From the NCBI GenBank assembly GCA_028534125.1, contig CM052817.1, positions 68,822,001-68,886,000 of the forward strand: a stretch of DNA of 64,000 bases, read 5' to 3'. This DNA is from Lama glama. Lineage: Eukaryota. Under the pieces are notes generated by a model. That model searched no databases, had not been told where the DNA came from, and saw only the letters and a list, made by a program, of their open reading frames with translations. The translations under genes were made by a program, and so were the position numbers. Below, one piece after another: positions 25,647 through 38,529 of this stretch. Position 1 is the stretch's first letter; each line of letters begins with the position of its first letter.

Positions 25647-25734
25647 TTGCCCTCAATTTTTATTTTTAAATTAGGAAATATTATAAAGGTGGGAATTGAT
25701 ACAGTGCTTAAGCAGAACTGATATTAATTATTTC

Positions 25735-25950
25735 ACAATAATTACCATTTGTTAAATACTCTGTGTCAGGCATTGTGGTCAAGTGCTTTATATGCATTAT
25801 TTTACTCTACCTTTACACTTTTCTATGACTTAAATACTATTTCCCCCCAAATTACAGATGACAATTTCAGGTACCCAAAGTCACAAACTTTGTGACTCAA
25901 AGCAAAACCTGTCTGATTTCAAAGCTCAAACTCTAAACCATGCTGTTAGT
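25735..25950 (-). mobile_element. MIR
   Basis: Motifs 'ctgtgtcaggcattgtg...gtgctttatatgcattat', 'ttacagatga' and 'tctgatttcaaagctc'. Confidence 0.75.
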
Positions 25951-27129
25951 GCTGGCATATACTTAATGAATAGTTCTCTGCGTGCTGTAATAAGAGTCAA
26001 GGTTATGGTATAGAGAATTTCATTTCTAACTTGAAGCATATGTTAGTTTGGAAAGGAATTCTCAAATGGTAATTGTGAAAACTATTTAACAAACATGGAA
26101 GAATGTTTATCATATAATGTCAAATGTAAAAGAATAATATAATAAATGTGTACACTGTGTTAACAATTATGTCAAAACTATGTATGCATAGAGACAAAAC
26201 CCTGGTAGAGAAGTTTAAAAAGAAAATAGTTTTCTTGGAATCATAAGAGCCATAGTTAATTTTTATTTTAAAAATATTTTACAGTGTTGAAATTTTGTCA
26301 TTAGGATTTTTATAAATTAAATTAGAAAAATTAAAGCTGTTAAACTAATTCAGTGAGAGAAACTTAAAGCTTGGTGCTGGAAGAGAAACATTCTCAAATG
26401 AAAATTACAACTCATTTTAAAACATGAAGTCAGTTTGTGAGGTCAGGACATAATGGAAATTCCCTAGCAAATAGAGTTAAGTTTACGAAGGTGAATTTTT
26501 AATTGTTTTACTAGAAAATGTTAATTTTTCTTCTTTAGAAATATGCATGAACATTGCCATTTCAGAAGACGAGAACATTTTTAGAACAGGGTCTCATACT
26601 CTTCCTTCTTCCCACACCTGCTCTGTGTCTCACCCACTCCATTTTGACAAATAGGCACCTTCTACTCTTTCTGAGTTCTCCTCCACCTCACCTTTAGTCT
26701 GAGAAACTCTCCTTGATTTCTAGGACTCACAAAGGAACAAGAGCTTTTTCCAAGGGAAGAGAGAAATGGCATGAGTTTTTTGGTTGTTTTTTTTTCCCCT
26801 CCACGCCTTCACTGTGTCTTGGGTGTGAGACCTGCTTGATGGTTCTATATGCTTGAAGGAGGTAGAGTTCAAAGGTCTCAGTGAAGCTAGAATTTGAGCA
26901 TGTAGGTAGAAAACAATATACTGGGATTTTTTTGTTTGTTTTGATTTGATTTTCTGTAGGGATAGTGAAAAATTATAAACACTTTTGTTCCACTCTTTTT
27001 AACTGACCCACCTAATTAAGGGTTGCTCTCTATTCCTTCTGCAAATATACTGACTTCCACCTAGAAGGTCTAAGCTCCAGGTACAGTCTAGTGCACTCCT
27101 CTCACTTCTTTCTCATCCATCAGTAGCCA

Positions 27130-27610
27130 AAGCTGTATATGCAAATAGTACTTATTGTTGAGCTTGTATACGTTAATAAAATACTACGTACCCTGATGAA
27201 ATATGAGTGCAAAGTAAATGAAAGTTGTAGAAAACAAAGTTGAATAGTACTTAAAGAATAGTCCCTTTATCTATGCAGATAAAAGGAGTGATGATGAATT
27301 AGTTGTAGAAGGGATAGATTTCTAAAGAAACTTCAGAAGGGTTATGTGCTCAGATTGCATTGCAAGTTTCTTGTTTTATTTTAAAGAAGCTCAAACTGGA
27401 AATTTAGAAAGAGTTCAAGAAAACTGTTATTTGCCATGCATTCAAAGGAAGGATCAGACTCTACGTAAAAGACTGGGCTCTGAAATGTACATACATGTTT
27501 TAAGCTAAAGTAGAATCTTTACAGTATGTAATTTTTATTATGATTCTCCAATGTAACTTTTTAGAAAACTATTAACGACCATTTGCCAGTCTCATACATG
27601 AGCAATGAGA
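27130..27610 (+). mobile_element. Degenerate Tigger/pogo-like DNA transposon fragment
   Basis: 'atgagtgcaaag...aaagttgaat...gataaaagg...gaattagttgtag...ctcagattgc...ttaaagaagctcaaactggaaa' resembles a decayed Tigger/Jerky transposase N-terminus. No intact ORF. Confidence 0.45.
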
Positions 27611-27719
27611 GAATTTTGATTGTATCACCTTTTATGCAGTTGTAGAAGTAAAGAGTTTCATATTTTGAAAGTTTCCCAATAATTTTGAACCTCTTTGAAA
27701 GCTGTATTCATTTACTTTT

Positions 27720-28607
27720 TAAATTTGCTTTTTTATTGAAGTATAATTGATTTACAACTTTGTGTTAGTTTCAGATGTCAACAAAGTGATTCAATTATGT
27801 GTGCGTGTGTGTATGTGTATGTATATATATATACATACATATATATATATATTCTTTTTCAGATTTTTTTCCATTATAGGTTATTACAAGATATTGAATA
27901 TAGTTCCCTGTACTATATAGTAGGTCCTTGTTGTTTATCTATTTCTTATATAGTAATGTGTATATGTTAATCCCAAACTCCTTATTTATCCCTTCTCCCC
28001 GCCTCTTTCCCCTTTAGTAACCATAGTTTGTTTTCTCTGTCTGTGAATCTATTTCTGGTTTGTAAATAAGTTCATTTGTATCAATTTTTCTTAAATTCCA
28101 TGTACAAGTGATATCATATGATATTTTTCTTTCTCTGACTTCACATAATATGATAATCCTAGGTCCAGTTATGTTGCTGCAAATGGCCTTATTTCATTCT
28201 TCATTTATGACTGAGTAATATTCCATTGTATATATACACCACATCTCCTTTATCCATTCATTTGTCAATGCACATTTAGATTGCTTTCATGTCTTGGCTA
28301 TTGTAAATAGTGCTGCTATAAACATTGGGGTACATGTATCTTTTTGAGTTAAGAGTTTTCTCCAGAAATATGCCTGGAGTGGGATTGCTGGATCATATGA
28401 TAAGTCTATTTTTCATTTTTTAAGGAATTGGTATACTGTTCTCCATAGTGGCTGCACCAGTTTACATTCCCACTAACAGTGTTGGAGGGTTACTTTTTTT
28501 CCACATCCTCTCCAGCGTTTATTATTTGTAGACTTTTCGATGATGGCCATTCTGACTTTTGTGAGATGATATCTCATTGTAGTTTTGATTTGCATTTCTC
28601 TAATACA
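27720..28607 (-). mobile_element. 5'-truncated L1 with perfect 15-bp TSD
   Basis: TSD tattcatttactttt at 27705-27719 and 28608-28622. 3' end 'ttattgaagtataattgatttac'. Internal (TG)/(TA) microsatellite. Confidence 0.96.
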
Positions 28608-28739
28608 TATTCATTTACTTTTGCTTCTATTCCATTTAATGCTAAAAATACTAAACCTTTATTCTTAATTCAAATCTCCCTTCTACTTCTATGATGAAGA
28701 CTGGATGTTAAACAAATAAGCATTCTCTCCATTCTTTTT

Positions 28740-29775
28740 CAAACTAGGAGTTTTCAGCTGCACATACTGGCGCCTCACTAGAAGAAAGACTGTATTTCCC
28801 CACCTTTATTGCTGCTGGGTGTGGCCAGGTTTATTTGTTTTCTATGGCTGCTGTAACAAATTAGCACAAACTTAGTAGCTTAGAATAACACAAATTTGTT
28901 ATATCACGGTTCTGCTATTCAGAAGTCTGAGTTAGCTTGGCTGGTTTCTCTGCTCTGGGTTTTACAAAGCCAAAATCAAGATGTCAGCAGTTGCACTCTC
29001 ATTGGAAGGCTCTGGGGAAGAATTCACATCCAGACTCATTAAGGTTGCTGGCAGAAACTAGTTCATTGAATTTGTAGGACCAGAACCTTGTTTCCTTGCT
29101 GACTGTCAGTTTCAGGGTGCCCTTAGCATATAGAGGCCTGTCCCTGGTCCTTGAGTTTGGGTCCCTAAATCTCAGGGCCAACAGAAGTGTGTGTTGAATC
29201 ATGCTTGGAATGTCTCTGGCTTCCCCTCATGCCATTGCTTCCTTTTGCCTCCACTGGAGGGAGTTCTTCACTCTTAAGGGCTTATATGATTAAATGGGCC
29301 CCACCTGCATCATCTCCCTTGTTTAAGATCTATAACCCTGATTAAGATCAGCAACATCCTGTTTGCCCTGTAATTTAACATATTCACAAATTTTAGGGAT
29401 TGCGAGTAGACATTTTGGGGAAGCCATTCTGTCTAACACAACTGGTGATTATAGAGTTCTGGCTAATGAATGAGACTGGAGATGCTGTGTAGGACTTATG
29501 GAATTTCCCTTGAAAGAGAGGAGAGTTGCCTTTTTTCATTCTGTTCTCATCCTGCTGCCTGGAGTGCTGTGGCAGCCGCTTTGAAATCTGAGGCAAGTAC
29601 CACACCCCAGTGATGGTAGAGGGGAAAGCTGGCAGAGGCTGAATTCTTTTGAAAATTCAATTCATTAGTCCTGGGTCACCAATCTCTCTGGGTTTCTTTC
29701 ACATGACAGAGAAATAAACTTCTTGTTAAACCCCTATTATTCAAATTTTTCTGTTATATATAGGTGAACCTACTA
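28740..29775 (+). mobile_element. Old MaLR LTR (MLT1 H/I/J-like), split by a younger MLT1
   Basis: 'ctgtatttccc...gggtgtggcca' resumes at 'gagttctggctaatgaatgag' and ends 'gagaaataaacttcttgttaaaccc...ttttctgttata'. Confidence 0.7.
28829..29440 (-). mobile_element. MaLR solo LTR (MLT1 C/D/E-like)
   Basis: Motifs 'ggctgctgtaacaaattagcacaaacttagtagctt', 'aaatcaagatgtcagcag' and 'ggctctggggaagaatt'; ends 'gccattctgtctaacaca'. Confidence 0.85.
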
Positions 29776-31362
29776 ATGAAAAATATGCCTTCCAAACTTT
29801 GGAATGTTTTCTTAGCTGATTACAATATCTGCAGCATGGATTGACAGAATTAAATATATTTGGCTTCCCAATTCATTATATTTAATATGAATAATAACTA
29901 TTATCCAAGGTTTTTAAATGATATATTCACATTTATTGCTTGTGAAATAAATTCGTTTTTCTTAGTAATGTCTGATTCTTCTTTTCCCTGTGTTCAAAAA
30001 TGTCATTCCATGCTTTTCAGTTTGATTATTTTTGTATCAGAGTGAAAAGCAGAAGAAAGTTTGACTGTAAGTCTGAAGCTGAAAGAGACAGGAAGTACCC
30101 TATTTTGGTCTTAGAGGACACATTCAAAGTTTAGGAAAGGGATACTGAAGACTAAATGAAATACACGTTATCATAAATCTTATTCATTTAATCAGTTGCT
30201 TTTCATATTGTCTTAAAACATTTTCTTATAAGGCAAACATTAGAAGAATATGAATTGTCCCCTGTTAAACAATATATATTATCTATCTGCCTTCTTTATT
30301 ATGAAAACTTTGACAGCTCTCAAAAATTCAAACATTCTTTAAAATGAATTATGTAGGGTATTTCGATGATATTTCTATAGGCTTATGTGGATATACATTT
30401 ATAAATTATAGATAAGAAAAAAGGACCATTTCTTAAACTTAGACCTTATTAAAATGACCCTGATGACAAAGAATTTTTTTAAAAATTGCTGCATTACTTA
30501 GCCATTTCAATTAATGTTACTTTAAATTTTATCCATAAACAGTATTTTAAGAATATTTTCTGGGACTAAAACTTCCTTGAGAATCTGATGAATGCAACAA
30601 GCTCATCTTCCCAGAAAAATGCCCATGTAGCCTCATGTGGACAGTTTATAGGCAATTTAATGAAATGTTCATATACACTCTGTGAAATCTAACCATAAAA
30701 CCTGTGTTAAGAATCCTTAGTATAAAGATATGTTGAATTTGGAAGAGTCTCACACACAAATTTATGAAATATATGAGCTGTCTTTTTCCAACAAAGGAAG
30801 CTACTAAGCGATTAACCATTAATACTTGTTTTTTTAGTAGTGAAACTGTAATATTCTTCAGCATAGTGAGCTACTAAAATGGTTACATTTGTTAGAACAA
30901 ATTGAACGAGATAGACATTTATACATCTGCAACTTGTGTCTGCCTTCTCTCCTTTTAAGATTCTGTCCCTCTGCCCCACCAGCTTAAGAAAGAGGATACC
31001 AGACTCCATAACAGGTCCTTTCTGCAATAATGGAAATGAAGCAGTAGATAAATATATATTCCTGTGGTCCAAAATAAGCCTACTGAACATAGAGGTTTTA
31101 ACTGTAAAAATAATATTGGTAATGTTTTTCTTTGTCTCCACTAATCTTTAGACCATCTTCTCCAGACAAAGTTCTTATAATTTTTATTTTTATGAAATGG
31201 TTGAGTCTTTTATATTGAATTTAGCATTTCCAACTAATGACTCTAGTTTTGAATAACTTTCTGGATTCATCTTTGGCCACAGTGGCATCTCTTTATACAT
31301 TTTGTGTAATTTTCTGTGTTCACCAGAGATCACTATGTTTAGGCATAGAAGTTTCTTTAGAT

Positions 31363-31903
31363 CAGTGCTTCTCAAACTTCTTTGTCTCAGGACACCTTTA
31401 TACTCGTCACATTATTGAAGACTACGAAGACATTTACTGTATTAGAGATTAAAACAGATATTTTAAAATACTGTTTCAAAACAAGACTACAAAGTGTACC
31501 AATTTTTTGTGTTTACAAGTATGCAATAGGAAAACAGATTTCAAAATAGTGATTTATGGATGATAATATGGTTACAGAGATTGTAGCAGATATAAAGTGA
31601 GAAAGTTCATATGTACTAAAAACAAACTGAAATAATTTCCCAAAATGTACATATTTATACTTGAAAGCTACCATCTTAGAAAATTTTAAAAAAAGAATGC
31701 ACAAGGATTCATATCATTAGCTACCACAGCAATGATATTATCACACATTTAGTTTCTTAAAACCCCATTGTACACACTATGAACAAATAAGAAGAAATAA
31801 ATCAAGTGTCTTAGTGTTATTCGGAAAGTAGTTTTGATTTCGCAGGTACATGAAAGGAATTCAGGGACTCCTAAATATTCTGGACCATGCTTTGAAACCA
31901 CTG
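31363..31903. mobile_element. Charlie1-like hAT DNA transposon derivative
   Basis: Inverted termini 'cagtgcttctcaaa' and 'tttgaaaccactg'. Subterminal text 'gtctcaggacacctttatactc...attattgaagac'. Confidence 0.75.
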
Positions 31904-34444
31904 GTTTGATGTTGTTTAATTCCTTAATATAATTATATGAGATTGTAGAGACAGATTATTAGTTTTAAGACTCATCTCTTTTGAGTAATATTCTCTTTGA
32001 TAATCTATAGCCATGAGGTCATATCTTTTTCCTTTTCCCTTACTTGTTCTAAATTAACTTTCATACAGTTCAGGATAGAAAATAATCATAGACTCTTAGA
32101 GTTGGTGAGAATCATACTCAAAAGAAAATTTAACATACTCCACAGCATTCCTGATAGATGGTCACACAGAATTTCTTGTTTAATATCTCTATACCTGCGC
32201 ATCACCACTTGAGGATTTGTATTCTTTACTATTGTGAATATGGTGACTTTTTCATCAACTTCTTAATTATGCAAACTAAGCTATACAGTGATGGGAGTGG
32301 GAGGTAATGGAAATAACCTGTGCATCTTGGCTACTAGCACAAAATTCTCTTCATTTTTAGCTTAAATTAATCGCTATTTTACAGTCATTATTTAGGATCT
32401 TATATGAAGGTAAAACACAAGAAAAAAAAACTTCGTAGGTTTTCTAAAGCTTAGTTGTTTTTTTTTTAAAGTGTTCGGATTACAATAAATACACAGGATA
32501 TTTTTGGAAACTGTGTTGGAAATGTTTATATAGCCATTTCCACCTGCCCTCATAAGTGGCTGCTGCAAAACTTCTTAGGAAAGGACTGCTTTACCTTAGT
32601 GGGAATCCATGTGGAAGGAAGACATATCATCAGGCAGCCTGAGTCCAGAAGGTGGTTAACCAATTTGTGAATGATTCAGTGTTTACAAGAGAAAATAATG
32701 TTATTCCTTTATAACAATTCACATAAAAGGTTTAACAATGTACCTTTTCCTGGGGATGATAAAGAGGCAGGGGTAGTCGTGGGCAGGGAGATCCTAAAGG
32801 AAAACAGAGTATCTTAATCATATTTAATCAAACAGATGTCTTTAAACACATTGTACAAGTCACTGGGTTATTGCAATTGTGCTTAAACTAAAACTTCAGG
32901 GTAAGGTGAGACTTTGTGAAAATGACAAACTTTAGGAATAACCTATATGGCACTTCATTCAGTGCCTGTAGTGGGCCAAAATCTTGCCCTTCTAATTAGG
33001 GAGAATTCTTTGGAGGGCGTGATTGTGTACAAACTGACCACCAACTGGCTTCCAGAAGGCTTTCTTCTGCCTCCACCATTTCCAGTTTCGGTCATATATG
33101 GCTGTCATGATCTTCCTTCCTGAAAACTCTTTCCCAATGCAGTTTCTGAGCCAATCCTGAGTGGTAAAGGAAGTATCAGGTTGTTCCAGTGATGGACTGA
33201 ATTGGAATTTAATAGAAAGTCAGGCCTGAGATGCAGAACCCTAGTACTTAACTGGCATCCTTACCATTCCTCAGGTTCAACTCTCATCGCCTATGAGTAC
33301 TTCAGTGATGGAGGCCTTGATCTGTCTTCTGGGTTCTTTCTTTACCATATATATCAATATTAAGTTGCCATGTTACCCTTATGAATCCTGGCTTGTTTTC
33401 AGACTCTACTTTCCTAGGATCCTATCCCTGAATCTCAGCTTATTATTTGAGTCCTTTCCTAGTATCTGCAGCTTACACTTATCTACTTATTATCTCACTA
33501 TCATTATTTCTGCTCAGTTCTTGACATCTTACTTTGGACTTTTCAATATCAATAATTTAACCTCAACTGAGACGGATGGGCCCTTAGAGGCTATTACTTG
33601 TTTGCCCGGCTGCATAACTAAGCCCTGCTCTGCAGACATAGTCAGTGGCTCCAGTACTTCTTTTGCTGTTGAGTTTGATTAGTGTTATCTATCACCTGTC
33701 TGTCTGTTCTCGCTGACTCAGAATAAATCATCTTTCCTCTTTTAGCCTATATTTGCTGTCATTTACAGTTACCCAATGAGTGGTAATCTAGCTTCAGTTT
33801 GGAATTAATGTTGACTTTAGAATGATTTATGTTTAAGGTTAAATTCCATATTTGAATGAGCTCCTGATCATAGAATCATGAATAGGCAAGGTCAGGAGAA
33901 AGAAGGTAGAATAAACAAACCATAGTCAGGATGGGAGAGAGTTGAATACATAAGGTTCATTGAGAATCCTGGCTAAAGTTTCCGTGGCATAATGTGAAGT
34001 ATTACTAAGGGGTGAGAGGTGGAGAGATGAAAAGAGCTGCTGGATGAATGGATGAATGAAATAGTGGATGTGAATTATATGGAGTTGACTCTTTCTGATG
34101 GGTTCTGTATGGAACTGGGGAGAATATTCTGAAGCCCATCCTCCCACAGAAATGGATGCATTGACCAAATGTAAAGAATTCTGGTACAAGGTGTTTAACT
34201 AAATCTCAAAGAGGCAATGAAGCCCATGTCATCCAACAGAGGTTGTTAGTAGCCTCAGTAAAATTTCCTCTTTCTCCTTCTCCTGTTAACTTCCTTCCCT
34301 CTTTGTTGTACGGAGCACGATCAGGCTTGAAATAAGATGGAAAGAGAATCAAAGGGAAAATGTTAAAGCTTTATCAGAGAAAATAAAACTCTTGGTTATA
34401 GCTATCTGGCTTAAGCATAGTGAGATAAAAAGAAATGGAAAGAT

Positions 34445-35595
34445 TTGTCTCGTAGAGTAATGGAAACAAAAGCATCAATGAATAAATGGGAACTAATTAA
34501 ACTTAAAAGCTTTTGCACAGTAAAGTAAACCAAAAACAAAAAGAAAAGATAACCTATGGGATGGGAGAAAATATTTGCAAACAATAGGACTAAGGGATTA
34601 ATTTCCAAAATATACAAACAGCTCATATAGCTCAATAAAAAAACAGAACCCAATCAGAAAATTGGCAGAAGACCTAAATAGACATTTCTCCAAAGAAGGC
34701 ATATAGATGGCCAAGAGGCACATGAAAAGATAATCAACATTGCTAATTACCAGAGAAATACAAATCAAAACAAAATGAAGTATCACCTCACACCAGTCAG
34801 AATGACCATCATCAAAAAGTCTACAATAGTAAATTTTGGAGAGGGTGTGGAGAAAACAGAACCCTCCTACACTGTTGATGGGAATGTAAGTTGGTGCAGC
34901 CACTATGGAGAACAGTATGGCAGGTCCTTAAAAAACCAAAAATAGAGTTACCATATGATGCAGCAATCCCTCTCCTGGGCATATATCCAGAGAAAACTCT
35001 AATTAGAAAGATACATACACCCCAATGTTCATTGCAGCACTATTTACAGTAGCCAAGACATGAAAACAACCTAAATGTCCATCAACAGATGAATGGGTAA
35101 AGAAGATGTGGTGTATATATATATACAATGGAATATTACTCGGCTGTTAGAAAGAATGAGTTAATGTTATTTGCAGCAACATGGATGGATTTATAGAATA
35201 TCATACTAAGTGAAGTAAGAGAAAGACAAATATCATACAATATCATTTATATATGGAATCTAAAAAATGATACAAATGAACATATTTATAAACCAGAAAT
35301 AGACTCACAGGTATAGAAAACAAACTTATGGTTACCAAAGGGGAAGGGGGTAAGGAAGGGATGAATTTGGAATTAACAGATACACTCTGCTATATATAAA
35401 ACAAATAACAAGGACCTACTATATACCACAGGGATCTTTCAATTCAGTATCTTTCAATAAACTATAATATAAAAGAATCTGAAAAAGAATACATATATAT
35501 ATATATATATGTATAACTGAATCACTTTGCTGTATATCTGAAACATTATAAATCAGCTATTCTTTAATAGCAAATAAAAAATTAGAAAAAAGAAA
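34445..35595 (+). mobile_element. 5'-truncated L1 (ORF2 C-terminus and 3'UTR)
   Basis: Motifs 'aaacttaaaagcttttgcacag', 'cacctcacaccagtcagaatg' and 'aaacttatggttaccaaaggggaa', followed by an A-rich tail. Confidence 0.95.
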
Positions 35596-35619
35596 TCACT
35601 GGGGAAAAAAAGAAATGAC

Positions 35620-37430
35620 AGATATGAAAACACACTATTACCAGAAATGAAATAAATGATATAAAAAAGAAAGAACCTAGCTTGAAAACCATGAGATAGA
35701 AAAAAATTTCCTATAGGTGTTTTATTTTTATGGAAGGATACAATAAAGAACATAGATTCAATAAAACAGAGACTTAAAGATAAAATGAGAAAACACAAAC
35801 TAGGATAAAAATGGAGATTACTAAAAGACAGGAAAATAATTGAGGATCAAAATAATACTGTTATATAATTAAGAAACAAGTTAGAAATAGCAGACACAGC
35901 TAACTAAATAATTACATAGAAGAAAGTTTCAATATAATCACAGGACATATGGATGAAAAAGAAATTTAAAAGAACTAGAAAAAAAGACAAAAAGAGAAAT
36001 AGGACAAAGACTGTTCAACATTAGAAAGATTGGTGCACTTGATTAGGTAATTCAATAAAGTGGACAGAAGAAATATTTAAAGCTATAATTGATGATAAAT
36101 TCTCTAAAATAAAGGAAAAAAATCAATCTACAGATACAAGGATATCTCATGTGTTCCAGAGAAAGATACTGATACATCTTGGTTAAATTACTAAGTCCTA
36201 AGGCTAAGGAGTGATTTCTTAGTTATAACTGACATTTAAAGACTGAGTTTAAATTTCTTTACAGTAATATTCAATACCAAAAGACCAAAAGACAACAAAT
36301 TAATATCTATCAAGTATTGTGGGAAAGTATTTCTAAAGATTATATAGAGTCCATGTTGTCATGCAAATGTAAAAGTGACTGGCAGATACTCCTAAACAGG
36401 GAAAACTCAAGGAGTAGAGCATTTAGAAACCTTCTTGAAAACAGAAATACTGATGAAATCCAGGCAACCAGGGTGAATGGAGGAAGTCATGGTTTGACTA
36501 GTGCAAAATTCAGTGCTAGGTTACAGTGAAGCAGTAATTATACAATGGTTATGATGGGAGAATTTTAACCAGACCCAAGAATTTTATACCAAGCCAAGTT
36601 GTCTTCTGAGGATACAGGCAAGAGGAAAACATCTCAGGCAGGCACAAAGACTATAGCACATTTGAGCTTTTCTTGAAAAAATTCTCTTGATGATGAAATC
36701 CAATGAAGAGGTAAGTTGAAACAAAGGACTCAGGCTTAAAGAAGTAGTGGTTTAAAACAAAAGACTAAATAACAGTAACAGCAAATAGAACAAACCAAAG
36801 CGAAAACAACACAAAACTGGTGAAAGACTTGAGTTCTTTTAAATATAGAACACATTTTTGCTTAGACAATGGAGAATTATAGTTTAAGATCAGAATATAA
36901 GTTATAAACCTTGAAAATACAAAATAAATGGTATGTCTTTCAGAAGAGAATGGAGGAGGAAAGATAGAAAAAGTTATGGATTTTTTTTTAATCTTTTAAA
37001 ACATGGAGTCAATTGATAATATTACAAAGCAAAAAGAATAAACTTAATGACTTCAATTTCTTAATAGTTTTTATAATTTTGTTTCTTAATCTCTGAGGCC
37101 TCTTTCAGGAACTATCTATTGGTTACAGAATATTTGAAGTTCAGTCATCCCCCTATTTTCCTTTCAGTTCTTAATTCTGTTACATTTACAGTTAAATTCA
37201 GTATTTTTACTTTAGAATAGAAAACAGAGTATAAATTGTCAAAGATTATTTTGCTGGCCTATGTATTTTTTTGTATGCATATAGTCTTCCATCTGTATGC
37301 ATGTGTAGAGAAATGCCAAAATAATATTCAGTTATTATTAAGGATGATTATTTATGTAAAGGTGAATTTGATATGATTTATGCCTCTTTTATTAGAAATC
37401 TTCTGCATTATATAACTATATTGCCACTAC
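35620..37430 (+). mobile_element. Highly decayed ORF1-like remnants (HAL1/old L1M)
   Basis: Strongly A-rich + strand with ORF1-like motifs 'cccaagaattttataccaagccaagttgtc' and 'cttcttgaaaa...gatgaaatcca', the latter occurring twice. Confidence 0.5.
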
Positions 37431-37444
37431 TACTACTTAAAAAT

Positions 37445-37640
37445 AATAAAAACAACCAACTCTTTCTGAGCAATTGTTAGAAGCCAGTGCTTTTCTAAGT
37501 ACTACACAATTAACTCTATCAGTCATCAAAATAACTTATTATCTCTGTTTTCTGGATGAGGAGACTGAAAAAGAAAAAGTGAATGAATTTATTTTCTCAG
37601 AGTCCTCCAGTTAGTTAATAGTAAAGCCAGGATGACTTGA
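37445..37640 (-). mobile_element. MIR
   Basis: Core 'gatgaggagactgaa...agttagttaatagtaaagccaggat'. Confidence 0.65.
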
Positions 37641-38529
37641 TATCATTAAAATTAACATTTATAATATTTTACCAAAATAACTAAAGAATTATTGTAGAAC
37701 TCTTAGAACATTTGAATGCATTGAATATGTGAAATTAAATCTTTCAATATAACTTCTTTATGTTACTGCAGCTCTGCTTGTATGATCTTTATCTCTGAAG
37801 AGTAAGTTCTTAAAAAAACTAAACTACCTAGGCCAAGAATAAAATGGGAGTTTTTCATAACTCATCCCATTCTTTTTCTTCCTTTCTCAAAATGTAACTA
37901 ATACTAACTTCCTGCATCTTCTACTGGTAAAAAAGTGTTCTGAGGCATTAGAATTATCTACATGACACATTTGCAGAAAAATCAGGGAGTAATTAATTTT
38001 ACAGTCCAAGTGAGGACATTTTCATATAGTTGTGCTGAGCTATACAATGCCAGAGGCATCGAGCCCTCAACTGTTTGACACTCAAGTGCAACATCTGGGA
38101 ACTAGGTACAAAATGAGGTTGAAACATTTGTTCTCTTTCTAGGAGTCAAGAATTCTTCCAGCATGCCTTTAGGGCTAAATTTTCCAATTTCTACCTACTG
38201 TAAACCTCATTCAAAAGTTCAAGAGGATACCACAACTCTGTGTTACTTGGCATGCAGCCCTTGAATCTATTATCCAGAGCCATGACTCAAGACTGAACAA
38301 CAAGACCAGAGGGCCAATATCTAATTTTGATACTCAAAGTTATCTGCCACTGCGTGCTTCAGATTGCGCTATGACACCTCTACACAGATGTTTCTGTTGT
38401 CGAAAGACCTCTCTCGTCCATGTCTGCTTAAAATCCAACAATAAGAGCTTAAGGGATTCAAGAAAGGAAACTTGGTGTCACATGACACTCAAGCAAATCT
38501 GATGAAGAAAAGTTGGTAAGAACCGTAGT

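Noticed and set aside
25879..25897. Perfect 9-bp hairpin agtcacaaa-c-tttgtgact
   Set aside because: Short and inside a MIR; most likely a local template-switch mutation.
30041..30066. 26-nt micro-exon (tttgtatcag|...|gtaagt)
   Set aside because: No supporting gene context and not frame-preserving.
33293..33682. 129-aa ORF
   Set aside because: T-rich, hydrophobic and without recognisable homology. It overlaps probable decayed repeat sequence.
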